A stretch of 63,899 nucleotides of DNA, the filler included, from Octopus bimaculoides (taxonomy: Eukaryota): NCBI RefSeq assembly GCF_001194135.2. It is 4 parts of 3 records of this genome, joined end to end, with 100 filler letters (N's around TTAATTAATTAA, not from the genome) between each part and the next. Parts side by side here need not be neighbours in the genome. Positions count along the whole stretch, not along the records: positions 43,435 to 62,490 come from NC_069000.1; 3 more parts are not named here. One strand, given 5' to 3'. Positions 48,911 to 62,590 of the stretch are shown in pieces. The notes below the pieces were generated by a model. That model saw only the letters and a program-made list of their open reading frames with translations, had not been told where the DNA came from and ran no database searches. The stretch's first letter is position 1. Each line of letters starts with the position of its first letter. The translations under genes were made by a program, and so were the position numbers.

Positions 48911-51900
48911 GTATGTATATTCTTTTATTTGTTTCAGTCATTTGACTGTGGCCATGGAGCACACTCTTCCAACTGCAAGTATATAGTAAAAGAATTATCA
49001 TTTGTGTCCATTTCAAGATTACGAACGCGTACTTAGAGAAAACATGACGTGGTAATGGTGCAAGAAATTCTTTCAGTTTTATATCACAAGTTCGTAGAAC
49101 ATCAGTAAATTGCCGTGGGGAAGTGAAAGTCTATCTTTACGGGACCTTGCCTTTCAACACGAAGAGAAAAAAACTGAAGGTGCACTTTCTACGATTTTTC
49201 CTTGAAGATTAATTATTGCAGACACATATCATTCGATTTAGTTTGCTTTTTACTTTCTAACAGAAAAATGTACTATTCTAAATTTCAAACATAAGTCTGA
49301 TTTATATATTATCACACACACACACACATACACACACACACATCACACATATATACGCGTGTGTGTGTGTGTGTCTACAGTTTACTGAATTGAGTATACA
49401 AAACCAACAATTTTGAGCTGAAGATGGAAATCGATATCACCAACACCATTCCTTGCTTGATATTTTATTTTATCTGCAAATGTTATCTCGGCAATACTTG
49501 AACTGAGAACCTAAAATCTTGCCCGGCGTACTTATTATTCTACCAGCTTAATAAATATATGTTACTAAAAGTACAACTGGTGAATGTTGAGAAAACCACT
49601 AATTTCGTTTACAAGATGGTTTGAAGTTCAATCCAAAAATAAAGCTTAAATACTGCAAATGGAAATAATAGAGGTTAAAAATTTGCACGTTAAAAGAATG
49701 TCTAAGAAGAGGAAAGCTGTTAAAGAAGAGACATTATAATATATATATATATAATATATATAATATANNNNNNNNNNNNNNNNNNNNNNNNNNNNNNNNN
49801 NNNNNNNNNNNNNNNNNNNNNNNNNNNNNNNNNNNNNNNNNNNNNNNNNNNNNNNNNNNNNNNNNNNNNNNNNNNNNNNNNNNNNNNNNNNNNNNNNNNN
49901 NNNNNNNNNNNNNNNNNNNNNNNNNNNNNNNNNNNNNNNNNNNNNNNNNNNNNNNNNNNNNNNNNNNNNNNNNNNNNNNNNNNNNNNNNNNNNNNNNNNN
50001 NNNNNNNNNNNNNNNNNNNNNNNNNNNNNNACCAAACAATATGAAGTTTGAGAAGTCAATCAATCTATATTAATTAATTGTAGATTAATCTTTTGTAACC
50101 AAGACAGTTAATGACAGCTGAAAATTGACTTGTCAAGACGGCTTTCAAATTTGAGGTTAATATTTTTTGTTTTAAATTAAAATGTGACTCAAATAATCAA
50201 TCATTTCATATAAAATTCAATTATTTTGGTGTGATCGGGATATAATTTATTGTAATTATGCTGTATATAATGGGGGAAATGCTATAACAAAACAGTTATA
50301 TTTATGGTATGACTTGAACATAAGATATGAAAGCTAGAAATATTTTTCGTTAATTAATTAGTGATTTAACGGTGGCTAGCAGGCAGAATCGTTAGCACAC
50401 CTGGTAAAATGCTTAACGGTACTTTGTTCGTCTTTATGTTCTCAGTGCAAATGCTACTGATGTCGACTTTGCCTTTCACCCTTTCGGGGTCGATGAAACA
50501 AATACCAGCTACACATGGGGGGTCGATGTAATCTACTAGTTCCCTCCTCCAGCACTCCAGGTCTTGTGCCTATAGTAGAATGGATTATATTATTATTAAC
50601 AGCGGCGGGGATGGTGAGCTGGCAGAATCATTAGCATGCCGAGCGAAAAGCTTAGTGATATTTCGTCAGCGGCTACGTTCTGAGTTCAAATTCCGCCAAT
50701 GTCGACTTGGCCTTTTATCCTTTCTATATTTTTTCACTCTATTCTGTCTTTTATACATCNNNNNNNNNNNNNNNNNNNNNNNNNNNNNNNNNNNNNNNNN
50801 NNNNNNNNNNNNNNNNNNNNNNNNNNNNNNNNNNNNNNNNNNNNNNNNNNNNNNNNNNNNNNNNNNNNNTATGCATGGGTATAGTTTTCTGTTTTAATGA
50901 CCACTCAGTATATTAATTACAAAAGATAAATGAAATTCGACATACTTTTTTCTAAATATACTTTTTTAGATATACTTTTTATCAGAATATTATTGATGTA
51001 AGTAAAATAAACTGATGGACAAAAAAGAAAATCATTTTCTTTGCACGGAGTTCAATGTCCTCTAGTTATTTCTAAAGTTGCTTGTAAAGTAACAGAATCA
51101 CAAAAATGCTGAACGTATGGAAATATTTCCTAATATATCATTGTCAGATTTGGTGAATGGATTATAACCCAAAGCGTAGCTGTCATGAATAACTTTGAAA
51201 GGGAACATTGAATTCGTGACAGCTATCTATTGCAATATCTAAATCTCGTCCACTTTTGTGTTATTCCTTGTTAGAGTTCAACATTGGAGAGAGAGAGAGA
51301 GAGAGGGAGTGAGTGAGAGAGAGAGTGAAATAGAAAGAATGTACGTATGATTGAATGACGTCTGTGTATAGGCGTGTGAGTTGAGTTGGTAGTTATTTTT
51401 GTCTCTACTCTAGGCATAAAGCTCCAAATTTTGGGGGAGGGGGCCAGTCGATTAGATCGACCTCAGTACGCAACTGGTAATTAATTTATCGACCCCGAAA
51501 AGATGAAAGGCAAAGTTAACCTCAATGGAATTTGAACTCAGAATGTAAAGACAGACGAAATGCCACTAAGCATTTCGTCCGGCGTGCTAACGTTTCTGCC
51601 AACTCGCCGCCTTATTGTGTTAAGTTGGTAGTTATGCAAGCAAAATAATGATATGGCGGCGATTTATAGTAAACTGTGTGTTACTTCCCCTGTCGTTGGA
51701 GCTCCGTGGCTGAGAGGTAATTTGACTTATGGATGTACTATGCTACTCATATGAAGTGAGGGCTAAATATACTATTTGAATAGTTCTTTGCTTTTAACGA
51801 TCTCAGACTGATGTAAATCAGAGTTGACTTAGCGGGATTTGAACTCAGAACGAAAAGAGCTAGAACAAATACAGCTAGGGCGTGATTCGTCGACGCTTTA

Positions 51901-52618
51901 TTGATTCTGCCAATTCAGGACCACAGGCAATACTAACTTTAGTCTAAGAATACAGAAGAATGATGAGAATAAAAGCAAACGAGAGAGGAAAGACACGAAG
52001 TCGAGTAAAAATTTCTGAAAGAATAACTGCAAGTTATAAAGTTCTAAATATACATCCAATGAAAGAAGCATTTTCGATGAACTGCAAAGCAGGATACGTG
52101 ATGGAAATAAAATATTGAGAACAGATGCAATAACATATTTCAATACTACTAAAAAAAGAAAAAAAAAAAGAACCTCTATTGAACTGAAGTACGTTGACGA
52201 ATACTGCCTTGAAGCAAAAGGAAAATAATAGGAAAGCACGCAAAAGAGTAAAAAACAAAACAAAACAAATAAACAGAAGCAAATCAGGGAAAAGAAAAGA
52301 GGGAAAAACATGCATGTAAAACACTTGTTGATAATCGATAGCATTTTGTTGGAGGAGGTTTATAATTATAGAGCACTTTGAAGAAATATGTTTCGTAGAA
52401 ACTTTTGTTTTGCTAATGATTTAATCTGAGATTAGTTGAAACATTTTACATCGTCGTAGTCATACATTTTTGTGTGTGGCTGTGCGGTTAAAAGTATGTT
52501 TCCCAAATATATGGCTCCTGGTTCAGTCCCATTGCGTGGTATCTTGAGAAAATATCTTCTACTGTAGTCTCGGGTTGACCAAAGCATTGTGAGTACAAAG
52601 AAACTGATACAAGCCCAT

Positions 52619-52681
<63 letters not shown>

Positions 52682-55600
52682 NNNNNNNNNNNNNNNNNNN
52701 NNNNNNNNNNNNNNNNNNNNNNNNNNNNNNNNNNNNNNNNNNNNNNNNNNNNNNNNNNNNNNNNNNNNNNNNNNNNNNNNNNNNNNNNNNNNNNNNNNNN
52801 NNNNNNNNNNNNNNNNNNNNNNNNNNNNNNNNNNNNNNNNNNNNNNNNNNNNNNNNNNNNNNNNNNNNNNNNNNNNNNNNNNNNNNNNNNNNNNNNNNNN
52901 NNNNNNNNNNNNNNNNNNNNNNNNNNNNNNNNNNNNNNNNNNNNNNNNNNNNNNNNNNNNNNNNNNNNNNNNNNNNNNNNNNNNNNNNNNNNNNNNNNNN
53001 NNNNNNNNNNNNNNNNNNNNNNNNNNNNNNNNNNNNNNNNNNNNNNNNNNNNNNNNNNNNNNNNNNNNNNNNNNNNNNNNNNNNNNNNNNNNNNNNNNNN
53101 NNNNNNNNNNNNNNNNNNNNNNNNNNNNNNNNNNNNNNNNNNNNNNNNNNNNNNNNNNNNNNNNNNNNNNNNNNNNNNNNNNNNNNNNNNNNNNNNNNNN
53201 NNNNNNNNNNNNNNNNNNNNNNNNNNNNNNNNNNNNNNNNNNNNNNNNNNNNNNNNNNNNNNNNNNNNNNNNNNNNNNNNNNNNNNNNNNNNNNNNNNNN
53301 NNNNNNNNNNNNNNNNNNNNNNNNNNNNNNNNNNNNNNNNNNNNNNNNNNNNNNNNNNNNNNNNNNNNNNNNNNNNNNNNNNNNNNNNNNNNNNNNNNNN
53401 NNNNNNNNNNNNNNNNNNNNNNNNNNNNNNNNNNNNNNNNNNNNNNNNNNNNNNNNNNNNNNNNNNNNNNNNNNNNNNNNNNNNNNCCGAGGTCGACTTT
53501 ACCCTTTGTATATTTTATTTTTTTAAATTAAATATTTAATAAAGTTATTTTTAATATGCTGTTGAATTAGGGTAAGTTTAACTTTTATTAATAATTTTGT
53601 CTTTTAGCTTTAATTAACTTGCTTTCCGGGTCTTGTTGTTTGTAACTTTTGGTGAGCCATGGTGCAACCAACAAGATGGTGCAATTCACTGCCATTAATT
53701 TGGTGTGGATGGGTAATATCAAATAATTCAATCATAGCATATATTTAAATTAAACATGAAAAAATTGAAATATTATCATCACTTACATGGAAAAATTGAA
53801 ATATTGTCTTCCAGTATTTCATAAGTTAAAATCTTAAATTATTAATTGACACATTATTAATTATCTCAGTACAGCAATGCCTGGAGAAATCATGGATTAC
53901 ATGGAAAAATGCGTGCATGAAAAGTAATATTCTTAAGATTATAAACCTGGAAAAGTACAGGACAAGTTATTACACCTGGAAAAGTATAGGACAAACTATT
54001 ACTTCTAGTAAAGTAAAGAATAAGGAACCTTTTTACTTAAAATATTGCAGCTAAAATTAAAATTTGAATATTAAAATTATTTTATTATAGTTTACAAATA
54101 ACACTATACTTATTTAAGTAGAATTTGGCTAATTTACTACCTTCAATACAGAAAAAAGTGACTAATTAGACAAACTTACAAATTATCTGAACAGTTTTGT
54201 ACAATAAATTTAAAAGATTAGAACTGTAAAGAGCGATAAATGAGAAGAACTGGCATTCTTTGCTATAGTCCGGTGATTGAAACAAGTTATAAAATAAAGA
54301 GAGAAACGGTGTAACGAATATGAGTCAATAGATAAAATATCGTTATTAATTGCCTATGGTTCATGTGTTCCAATCCATTGCAAGTGATTCCAATATAACT
54401 GACAAAACACCTTAGAGTTAAGTTACAGCCCTCTACCTTCTGGTTCTAACTTCCACAACCAGTTTCGACTTTACATTTCCATTTTACTTGAGATAATAAA
54501 ACGAACAACAGTCGTACACTTAGATATATTTACACAATGTTTCCTTCTCCCATAGTTTCTGGCCTTATCCATATCTTATTGATACTGTTACAGATAACAG
54601 TCAAATCTTTCTCAGCTGACGCATGATGGAGCAACAAAAACTGCAAGTTTTACGTCCATACGGTCTCTCAGGATAAGTGTTGTCATTAGATGTGAAAGAG
54701 GTGTACGTGTTTGTTTTGTACAACCTGTATGTTCGCTGCTTTGCTTATTTAGTACATTAGTGCGATATGTTGCAAAGAGATCGGGGAGGTAGATGTATTT
54801 GCATAGCGAAGGAAGGGTGTCAAGTGTATTGTTTGTACACCATTACTGTTGTTTCCTAGCATGTGATGATTTTCACCATGTTGCTGCGCCTCATTACTTG
54901 AATGTTTTGTCCTTTGTGCATAAATGAGGCGATTCGGTGTACCTGTTTGGGCGCTGAAGATTTGGTACGGCTGGCAAGACATTCAGCCTATTTTGGCGAC
55001 AATATGTTTTCGCACTTAAGGCACATACGCATGCACATGTGCGCAGAAATCAACATAGATAGATAAGAAGATAGAAGTAGATATATAGATAGATAGATAG
55101 AGAGAGAGGGGGGAAAGAGAGAGATTAAGGGAGAAAGAGAGAGGTAGAAATAAGTGGAAATAAGTCGAATCATGGAGGCTGAATGGGGGCGCCAAAAGAG
55201 AACCATATCTCATATCCCATATATGCACAATGTATAAACACACATACACACACACATACACTCCCACACACATATATACAAGCGTGACGGTGTGGAGGTG
55301 CAGGCCTGGCTATGTGGTGAGAAGTTTGCTTTCCAACGACACGGTTCTGGGTTCAGTCTTGCAGCATGGCACCTTGACCGAATGTCTTCTGCTCCAGCAA
55401 AGCGATCCAGCAAAACGATCTAGCAAAACGATCGACCTTTAACGCTGGCTCCCATAATCTTTATCTGCACTTCATAGCCATTGACACTCAGTTAGATCTA
55501 TCGGAAGTCAACTGTTACTGATTTCTTACAATTTTAAAAGCTGTCTTAGGTTGTTTTTTCCCCTCGTTTTCTTGCTCTTTATTATATAGGCCTATTTTCT

Positions 55601-56592
55601 CTATTGTTCGCGCCTTCATATCGAATACCATAACCTGAAATCTTTATAGCGTTATTTTCAATGGTTATCAATTCATTTTATATTTTTACAATTTTGTTAT
55701 TCTTTTGCGACAACCGGTTTTTACTTTTCGATATCGTTGTAGTGGTGCAAGTGGCATTGCTTAAGGCGCTGGTATTGCTGTTGCTGGTTCAGCTGATGTT
55801 TGTGTTGTCTCGTAGTGATGTCGCTGGTGGTGGCGCTACAACCAAAAGTAAAGGCATTTTACTTGATATTGATAAAAAAATATGCCTTGTTTTCTTTCTT
55901 TTATTTACATCATACTCTACTCCACTCAACTACATTCTTACTCTCGTTCTTTCGTTTTATCTTGGACTCTTCAGGACTTTTATAGGCGATAGCCGGAGTT
56001 TATGAGATTGACAGAGAGCAGTATATATTCTATGAAAGCTGGATGTCCTTGCTTACTCTGTCCTTCATTTATTTTGTTTCCTCCTTCATATTCCTCTTTA
56101 TTTTTTCGTCATTTTCCCCCGGTTCTATTGATTTAAAGTATTTCCATTAAACAGGCAAGATATACAAATAATAGATATCAACGATATCCTTTTCTGCTTA
56201 CCACACTGATGATAGTTTTTTGCAGGATTTTGATAATGGTTTTTGTAGGATTTTCTTAAAGCCACTGGTTATTTTAATATTGATGTGACATTCGCGAGGA
56301 ATGCTATAGATTTTCGGTTTATCGTCTCCCTATTCCTCAACTAGAAAGCTTTTAAGGTAGTAACACTGAACTATTTCGCATGCATACTTCTCTGCATGAA
56401 AATATAGATAGTCAGAGCCAGCGTTCTTAATATACTTAACATATAAGCGTAGGCATGGCTGTGTGGTTAAGAAGGTCGATTTTTCAACCATTGGTTTTGG
56501 TTTCAGTCTCACTGCGCGATACATTGAACAAGTGTTTTGTTTTCTATACCTTTGTGAGTGAATTTGGTAAAAGGAAACTGTGAGAAAGCTCG

Positions 56593-56625
<33 letters not shown>

Positions 56626-57469
56626 GGAGTAAGCACATGAAATGTGCAACAAGGTGGAAAAAAGAGTACTCAAATACCAGAGGTAGAGTAATATGCTTTA
56701 TTTAAAAGCAGCAGAAATATAACAAAAAAACCGTTACTCTGAGTTTCACGTTCCNNNNNNNNNNNNNNNNNNNNNNNNNNNNNNNNNNNNNNNNNNNNNN
56801 NNNNNNNNNNNNNNNNNNNNNNNNNNNNNNNNNNNNNNNNNNNNNNNNNNNNNNNNNNNNNNNNNNNNNNNNNNNNNNNNNNNNNNNNNNNNNNNNNNNN
56901 NNNNNNNNNNNNNNNNNNNNNNNNNNNNNNNNNNNNNNNNNNNNNNNNNNNNNNNNNNNNNNNNNNNNNNNNNNNNNNNNNNNNNNNNNNNNNNNNNNNN
57001 NNNNNNNNNNNNNNNNNNNNNNNTGTGTGTGTGTGTGTGTGCGTGTTAGCGTATGTCCTTGTGTTTGTCTCTTACTACTGGTGGACATCCAGTCTTGGTT
57101 TGTTTATGTTCTCGGTTCGGCATAGAGACCGAAAGAATAAATACCAGTCTTAAAAAATAAAATTTAAAAAAAAACGTAAGTACTAGGCTTAATTTGCTCG
57201 ACTAAAAGCATCAAACTAGTGCTCCAGTATGGCTGCAGTCCAATGATTGAAACATGTAACAGGTAAAAAGTAAAAGATATATACTTAATGTAGTGAAAAT
57301 CACGCCTGTAAAATATAATTAAAATTATACGCGTGAACAAGGGAAGAATTATTAACATTAATGACAGTTCTTGCTAAAAGGGACAAGGGAAATAATATCG
57401 AAATCCAAAAGATATTAACAGAACTCCGTAGACTTCATCAAACATTTTATAAATCAATAACGTATTCTC

Positions 57470-58000
57470 TTTCATTCGTCACAGCTTCTCAACATTCCAC
57501 TAGCTTTTAACGCGTTGACGGTAGAAATCACCGAGACCAGAGTAGAAGAATTCATTGAAACAAGTTTCCAATTTGACATAATTGGTGAATGGAACATCTG
57601 GTAGAATGTTGGGGGAGCAATGGATAAAAGTGATAATCTGAAGGCTCTATATGACGAGAAAATGGTGAGTGCGTTAGAACCTCCCAACACAGCTCTTGAG
57701 CAGCATTTTCCCTCGGATTAGTGACTTGGGGGCGAGGAGCTTATAGTGATGCTGGTTGGGTCGTTTGGACATCACTCATCTAGTGAAAGTGATGGTATCA
57801 TGAGCATCCCCAGTGCACTGGTGCAGATTGTCTTAGATGAGATAGTTCAATCGATCTCCATGAGGTCGAAGTTTCAGTGGAATTTTCAATGGAAGCGTGC
57901 GAACCTAATCTATGTAGTTCTATGAGTGATAGTACCTTCTTCAGAAACACGGTACAATCGTCACAAGTGGCGTCAACATCATCGAAAGCTTGACTGAAAG
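57470..58000 (-). mobile_element. Decayed mariner transposase fragment
   Basis: Minus frame QELCWEVLTHSPFSRHIEPSDYHFY matches ELGWEVLPHPPYSPDLAPSDYHLF. Confidence 0.75.
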
Positions 58001-58977
58001 CAATGACAGGCAGGTACCAAAATGGTCGATTAAATAAGTACCAGTTATGCACTGGGGTCGATGTAATCGACTTAATCCTTTTGTCTGTCCTTGTTTGTCC
58101 CCTCTATGTTTAGCCCATTGTGGGCAATAAAGAAATAAGAAACGTTAGCACGCTGGGCGAAATACTTTGCGGTATTTCTCCTGTCGTTACGTTCTGAGTT
58201 CTAATTCTGCCGAGGTCGACTTTGCCTTTCATCCTTTCGGGGGGTCGATTAAATAAGTACCAGTTATGCACTGGGGATCAATGTAATCGACTTGACCCCC
58301 CTCCTCCATGCTGCCCCTGTGGCAAAAATCTGAAATCATTATTATTACACACTTATGTGTGTAAACATACAAACGCACATGAATATAACATCAAAACTGT
58401 TCCTTGCTCAAAACTTCACGCAATAGAATTGAACTTGGTACATCTTGACTAAGGCGCATATTTCTTCACTAACCGGATTAAATACATACATACATACATA
58501 CATACATACATACATACATAAGTGTGTGTGTGTTCGTATTTATAAAGATAAATTTTCTGGTGAACGATTATTGAATTTTACGTCTACCTGTCCATTATTT
58601 TGTTTAAAGATTGTTACTGCATCATATAGAAATAGTAGACGCGCTGCGAGCACAGGTGGATACATAGATAAACAGAGATAAAAAGAGTGGCAGAGAGAGG
58701 GGAGAGAGAAAGATAGAGATTTACACTTTAAGATCAGTGACTTGTAAGGTGTTGTCAGACACCTGTCAGTGATCAAACACTTCAATAGACGATAGAACAT
58801 ATTGACAAAGAGAATCATCTATTTTAGAAAGAAATGACGACGCCTATTATTATTATAACGACTATATTGATATATGTTTTCTCGTCTGTAATCGATAACC
58901 GATGTGATGATCAAGCACGTTAAAACTCCTATAACATCCCCAAACCTATGTATATATGTATGTATGTATTCATAGCT

Positions 58978-59303
58978 AAGGAGACGCAATGGCCCAGTGG
59001 TCAGGGCAGCGGACTCGCGGTCGGAGGATCGCGGTTTCGATTCCCAGACCGAGCGTTGTGTGTATTTATTGAGCGAAAACACCTAAAAGCCCCACGAGGT
59101 CCCGGCAGGGGGTGGTGGCGACCGCTGTTCTACTCTTTCGCCCCAACTTTCTCTCACTCTTCCTTTCTGTTTCTTGAGTAACGCTGCGATGGACTGGCGT
59201 CCCGTCCAGCTGGGGTGGGGTGGGGGGCACACATACGCCATAGAAACCGGGAAACCGGGCCCACGAGCCTAGCTAGGCTTTAAAAGGGCGCATGATAATA
59301 ATA
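58978..59303 (+). mobile_element. Young tRNA-derived SINE (family C) with 10-bp TSD
   Basis: A box TGGCCCAGTGG, B box GTTTCGATTCCC, CpG-rich body including CTGCGATGGACTGGCGTCCCGTCCAG, and (ATA)n tail. ATTCATAGCT is duplicated at 58968-58977 and 59304-59313. Confidence 0.92.
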
Positions 59304-59739
59304 ATTCATAGCTTAACATATATATGTCAGTATATGTTCGTATACACACACACAAACACACACACACAAGTGTGTGTGTATGTATGTACGTATGTATATT
59401 GTGTGTGTGTTTGTGAGTACGTAAGTATGTATGCATGCATATAAACAAATGTCTATTTATGCAAATTTAACCGACTGATAAAGAACTTCGTGTCACGATC
59501 TTGCAATCTCCATGTCCCAAGTTCAATCCTACTGCAAAGCAGTTGGGGCAAATATGATTTTAAACAGTCACGTGTCGACCCATACTTTGTGCACGTAACT
59601 GTATAGATCGAAAATGTATAAAAGTCTGATGAATGGATTGAACATTTAATTAAAAAGCTGTGGCCTTGTCACACACTGTGTCGCGTTGCTTCTATCAAAG
59701 GATTATTTTATGAGTACTCGTTTCTTTGTTCAATTGTGT

Positions 59740-60012
59740 TTGCTGAGTATTTGCTGAGCAATTGTGCGATCTGACAAGGAGCTATCAATCCAAGAGATGA
59801 GAGATATGTGAAGTCTGCAGATTGGGATGCCACATACGGACGAATGCTTTGCTGATGGCTAATGATCAGACCTACACTATCGCTTTTGTTGAAATATCTC
59901 TAAAGTGAGATCTCACCGTTGAAGGACATCTGCGAGTGAGTCCCATGTGGATCTGGTCTTGTGGAAGCCAAACTGATGGCTACTAAGGAAAGAAGGAGAG
60001 AGACATAGAGAT

Positions 60013-60075
<63 letters not shown>

Positions 60076-61590
60076 NNNNNNNNNNNNNNNNNNNNNNNNN
60101 NNNNNNNNNNNNNNNNNNNNNNNNNNNNNNNNNNNNNNNNNNNNNNNNNNNNNNNNNNNNNNNNNNNNNNNNNNNNNNNNNNNNNNNNNNNNNNNNNNNN
60201 NNNNNNNNNNNNNNNNNNNNNNNNNNNNNNNNNNNNNNNNNNNNNNNNNNNNNNNNNNNNNNNNNNNNNNNNNNNNNNNNNNNNNNNNNNNNNNNNNNNN
60301 NNNNNNNNNNNNNNNNNNNNNNNNNNNNNNNNNNNNNNNNNNNNNNNNNNNNNNNNNNNNNNNNNCTTTGTTGACTGCAGGGGGCAAGTTCTGGGGCGTA
60401 TTATTTAAGTGTAATAGAAAGAGCATTGTCAGCGCCAGAAGCCTTGTTTGGAGCAACAGAAGGAACTTCTTCATGGATCGGAGAGCCTATTGGTGACGAA
60501 AAGGGAATATTTACAGGAGATTAGCGAAAGGTGTGTAATGTAAGGCTGGATGAAAATCAGGCAATGAAAGGCGAGGTTTTCATTATGGGGTGCTATTTAT
60601 AGAAACATAATTGTTTAGAAGATGGGAGAAAAACAAATTCTTCACAAACCGGATTTGTGTTGCTGAGTGAACTCCAGGCAGTTTTGAGGAGTGTGTGGGA
60701 TTCCAGAGGTTGTAGGCCTTGCATTTTTTCTTTTTAACTCAAATACCTGTAAAGCAACTACTTGTAAACAACGTTAGGTGTTAACCCTATTCTTCACGGT
60801 GGGTGGGTCAGTAGGAACCTTCCTCTGCGTTTTAAAAAAAGAAATTTTCTAAAGCGACAAAAGCTCTAATAATGAAGCTTTGTGACTCAGTTTTAATACA
60901 TTTAGCAAATTTTGAGGGCTTTTCTATGTTTATGTATGCGTTCTTTAAATTCTATATATTTATCCTTATAATAAATATTGTACATAAATAAATTCCCCAT
61001 TCTCTGTTGCCTAAATACCCCCGTCTCCCGCATTTTAGTGGTAACAGTCATATAAATTCAACTGCAAATACCGTATATGCCTTTACAATACATTTGTTCA
61101 AATGCCATGCGATATTCCCAGGATGATTTATGAACTCACTCAGACAAGGTAGCAAATTCACAGCCAAGTTCTGGGGTCGATGTGATCGACGTACCCCTAC
61201 CCCACGAATTTTAGGCCTTGTGCCTACAGTGGAAAGCTTTTTGATGGGTTGGAGTGATGAAAGTCTTCTCCCATAAAACTGGCAAAACTTCACCTTGAAG
61301 TGATAAAGAATCCGACTGGACGAGGCTGCTGTGTGGTATGTGTTAGCGTCTTGAGCTGTTGTGAGATAGTAGTAGACGGATGACCCAACCGGTGCAAAGA
61401 TGGTCACGGTTTGGGAAAGGTTGGATTTAAGGGTTACAAAGCGTTTGGCGTGTGACGGTCTAGGGTTCGAGTAGGGGAAGAAAAAATAAGATTGGTGTAA
61501 AGAGTGGGGAACAGCAAAGTATTTGGCTTTCATAACAGGTAGCATCAGAATAGGGTGGGTGTAAGATTGTTGAATAATTGCGTACATTCA
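59740..61590 (-). mobile_element. Decayed CR1/L2-group LINE ORF2, interrupted by microsatellites, a gap and a SINE
   Basis: Collinear on minus: VTIFAPVGSS (PLGSSDH-like, about 61400), NKASGADN..LK*YAPELAP (about 60400-60450), FLSSHQFGFHKTRSTWD (59941-59990) and LAISKAFVRMWH (about 59825-59860). Confidence 0.8.
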
Positions 61591-61604
61591 AATCCACATT
61601 ATAA

Positions 61605-61658
<54 letters not shown>

Positions 61659-61702
61659 NNNNNNNNNNNNNNNNNNNNNNNNNNNNNNNNNNNNNNNNNN
61701 NN

Positions 61703-61799
<97 letters not shown>

Positions 61800-62442
61800 T
61801 TGTGCATGTGTGTGTGATTATCGTTGCTGATATTGTAGCGACAGTGGGTGTGGGGATGGTGGCCGTGATTATGGGAATAGTTTTTATGTTCGTGTCAGTT
61901 AACATCTTAAGTGATATTTTATTTATGGGTTTCGCTAATAACAAAATTGTTGTTTCAGGTATAATGTTTTATTTTGTCGCCGTTAATATTATACTGATGC
62001 TAATATAGTTTACTATTGTATCTACAGTCATTCTTGCTTTTATTGTTGTCGTCTGCTTCCTCTCACTTTCTCTCTCTCACTACTTGATGTACATTTATCT
62101 TTTCAAAACGCAGCTGTTTAAACTCGCTTTGCTCGAGCGACACCATGTTTTACGGCTTCCAAGACAGTCTAGATCAATTTAATGCTTACGATGTAGATTT
62201 ATTTGACAGCTGCAACACAGACGTGACGGATAAGAGGAAGGAAGCAAATGAAAAACAAAGGCGGAGAAAAATAAACAACATTTGTAGGAAATAATACAAT
62301 GAAAACAATGTAAAAACCGAACGAAAATCTAGATAAGCGCACGCTTGTAAATACATATGTATATGTATACGCAGACATACCTGTATATAGATCAAAATGC
62401 AATTACAGATATTCTATATATCATGCATGTATATATGTATTT

Positions 62443-62490
<48 letters not shown>

Positions 62491-62590
62491 NNNNNNNNNN
62501 NNNNNNNNNNNNNNNNNNNNNNNNNNNNNNNNNNTTAATTAATTAANNNNNNNNNNNNNNNNNNNNNNNNNNNNNNNNNNNNNNNNNNNN
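62491..62590. other. Artificial scaffold-join spacer
   Basis: N44-TTAATTAATTAA-N44. Confidence 0.95.

Noticed and set aside
51898-52344. 148-aa hydrophobic minus-strand ORF
   Set aside because: F/L richness reflects T-rich low-complexity sequence; no motif and no convincing exon boundaries.
55720-55860. Q/H-rich minus-strand frame (QHKHQLNQQQQYQRLKQCHLHH)
   Set aside because: Short, bounded by stops, no usable splice sites.
13068-59040. tRNA-like A/B boxes at many sites
   Set aside because: Each continues into a SINE body and I could not fold a full cloverleaf; called SINE heads, not tRNA genes.
61048-61587. 179-aa minus-strand ORF as a host gene
   Set aside because: It is a CR1 endonuclease-region relic read through into a SINE fragment.
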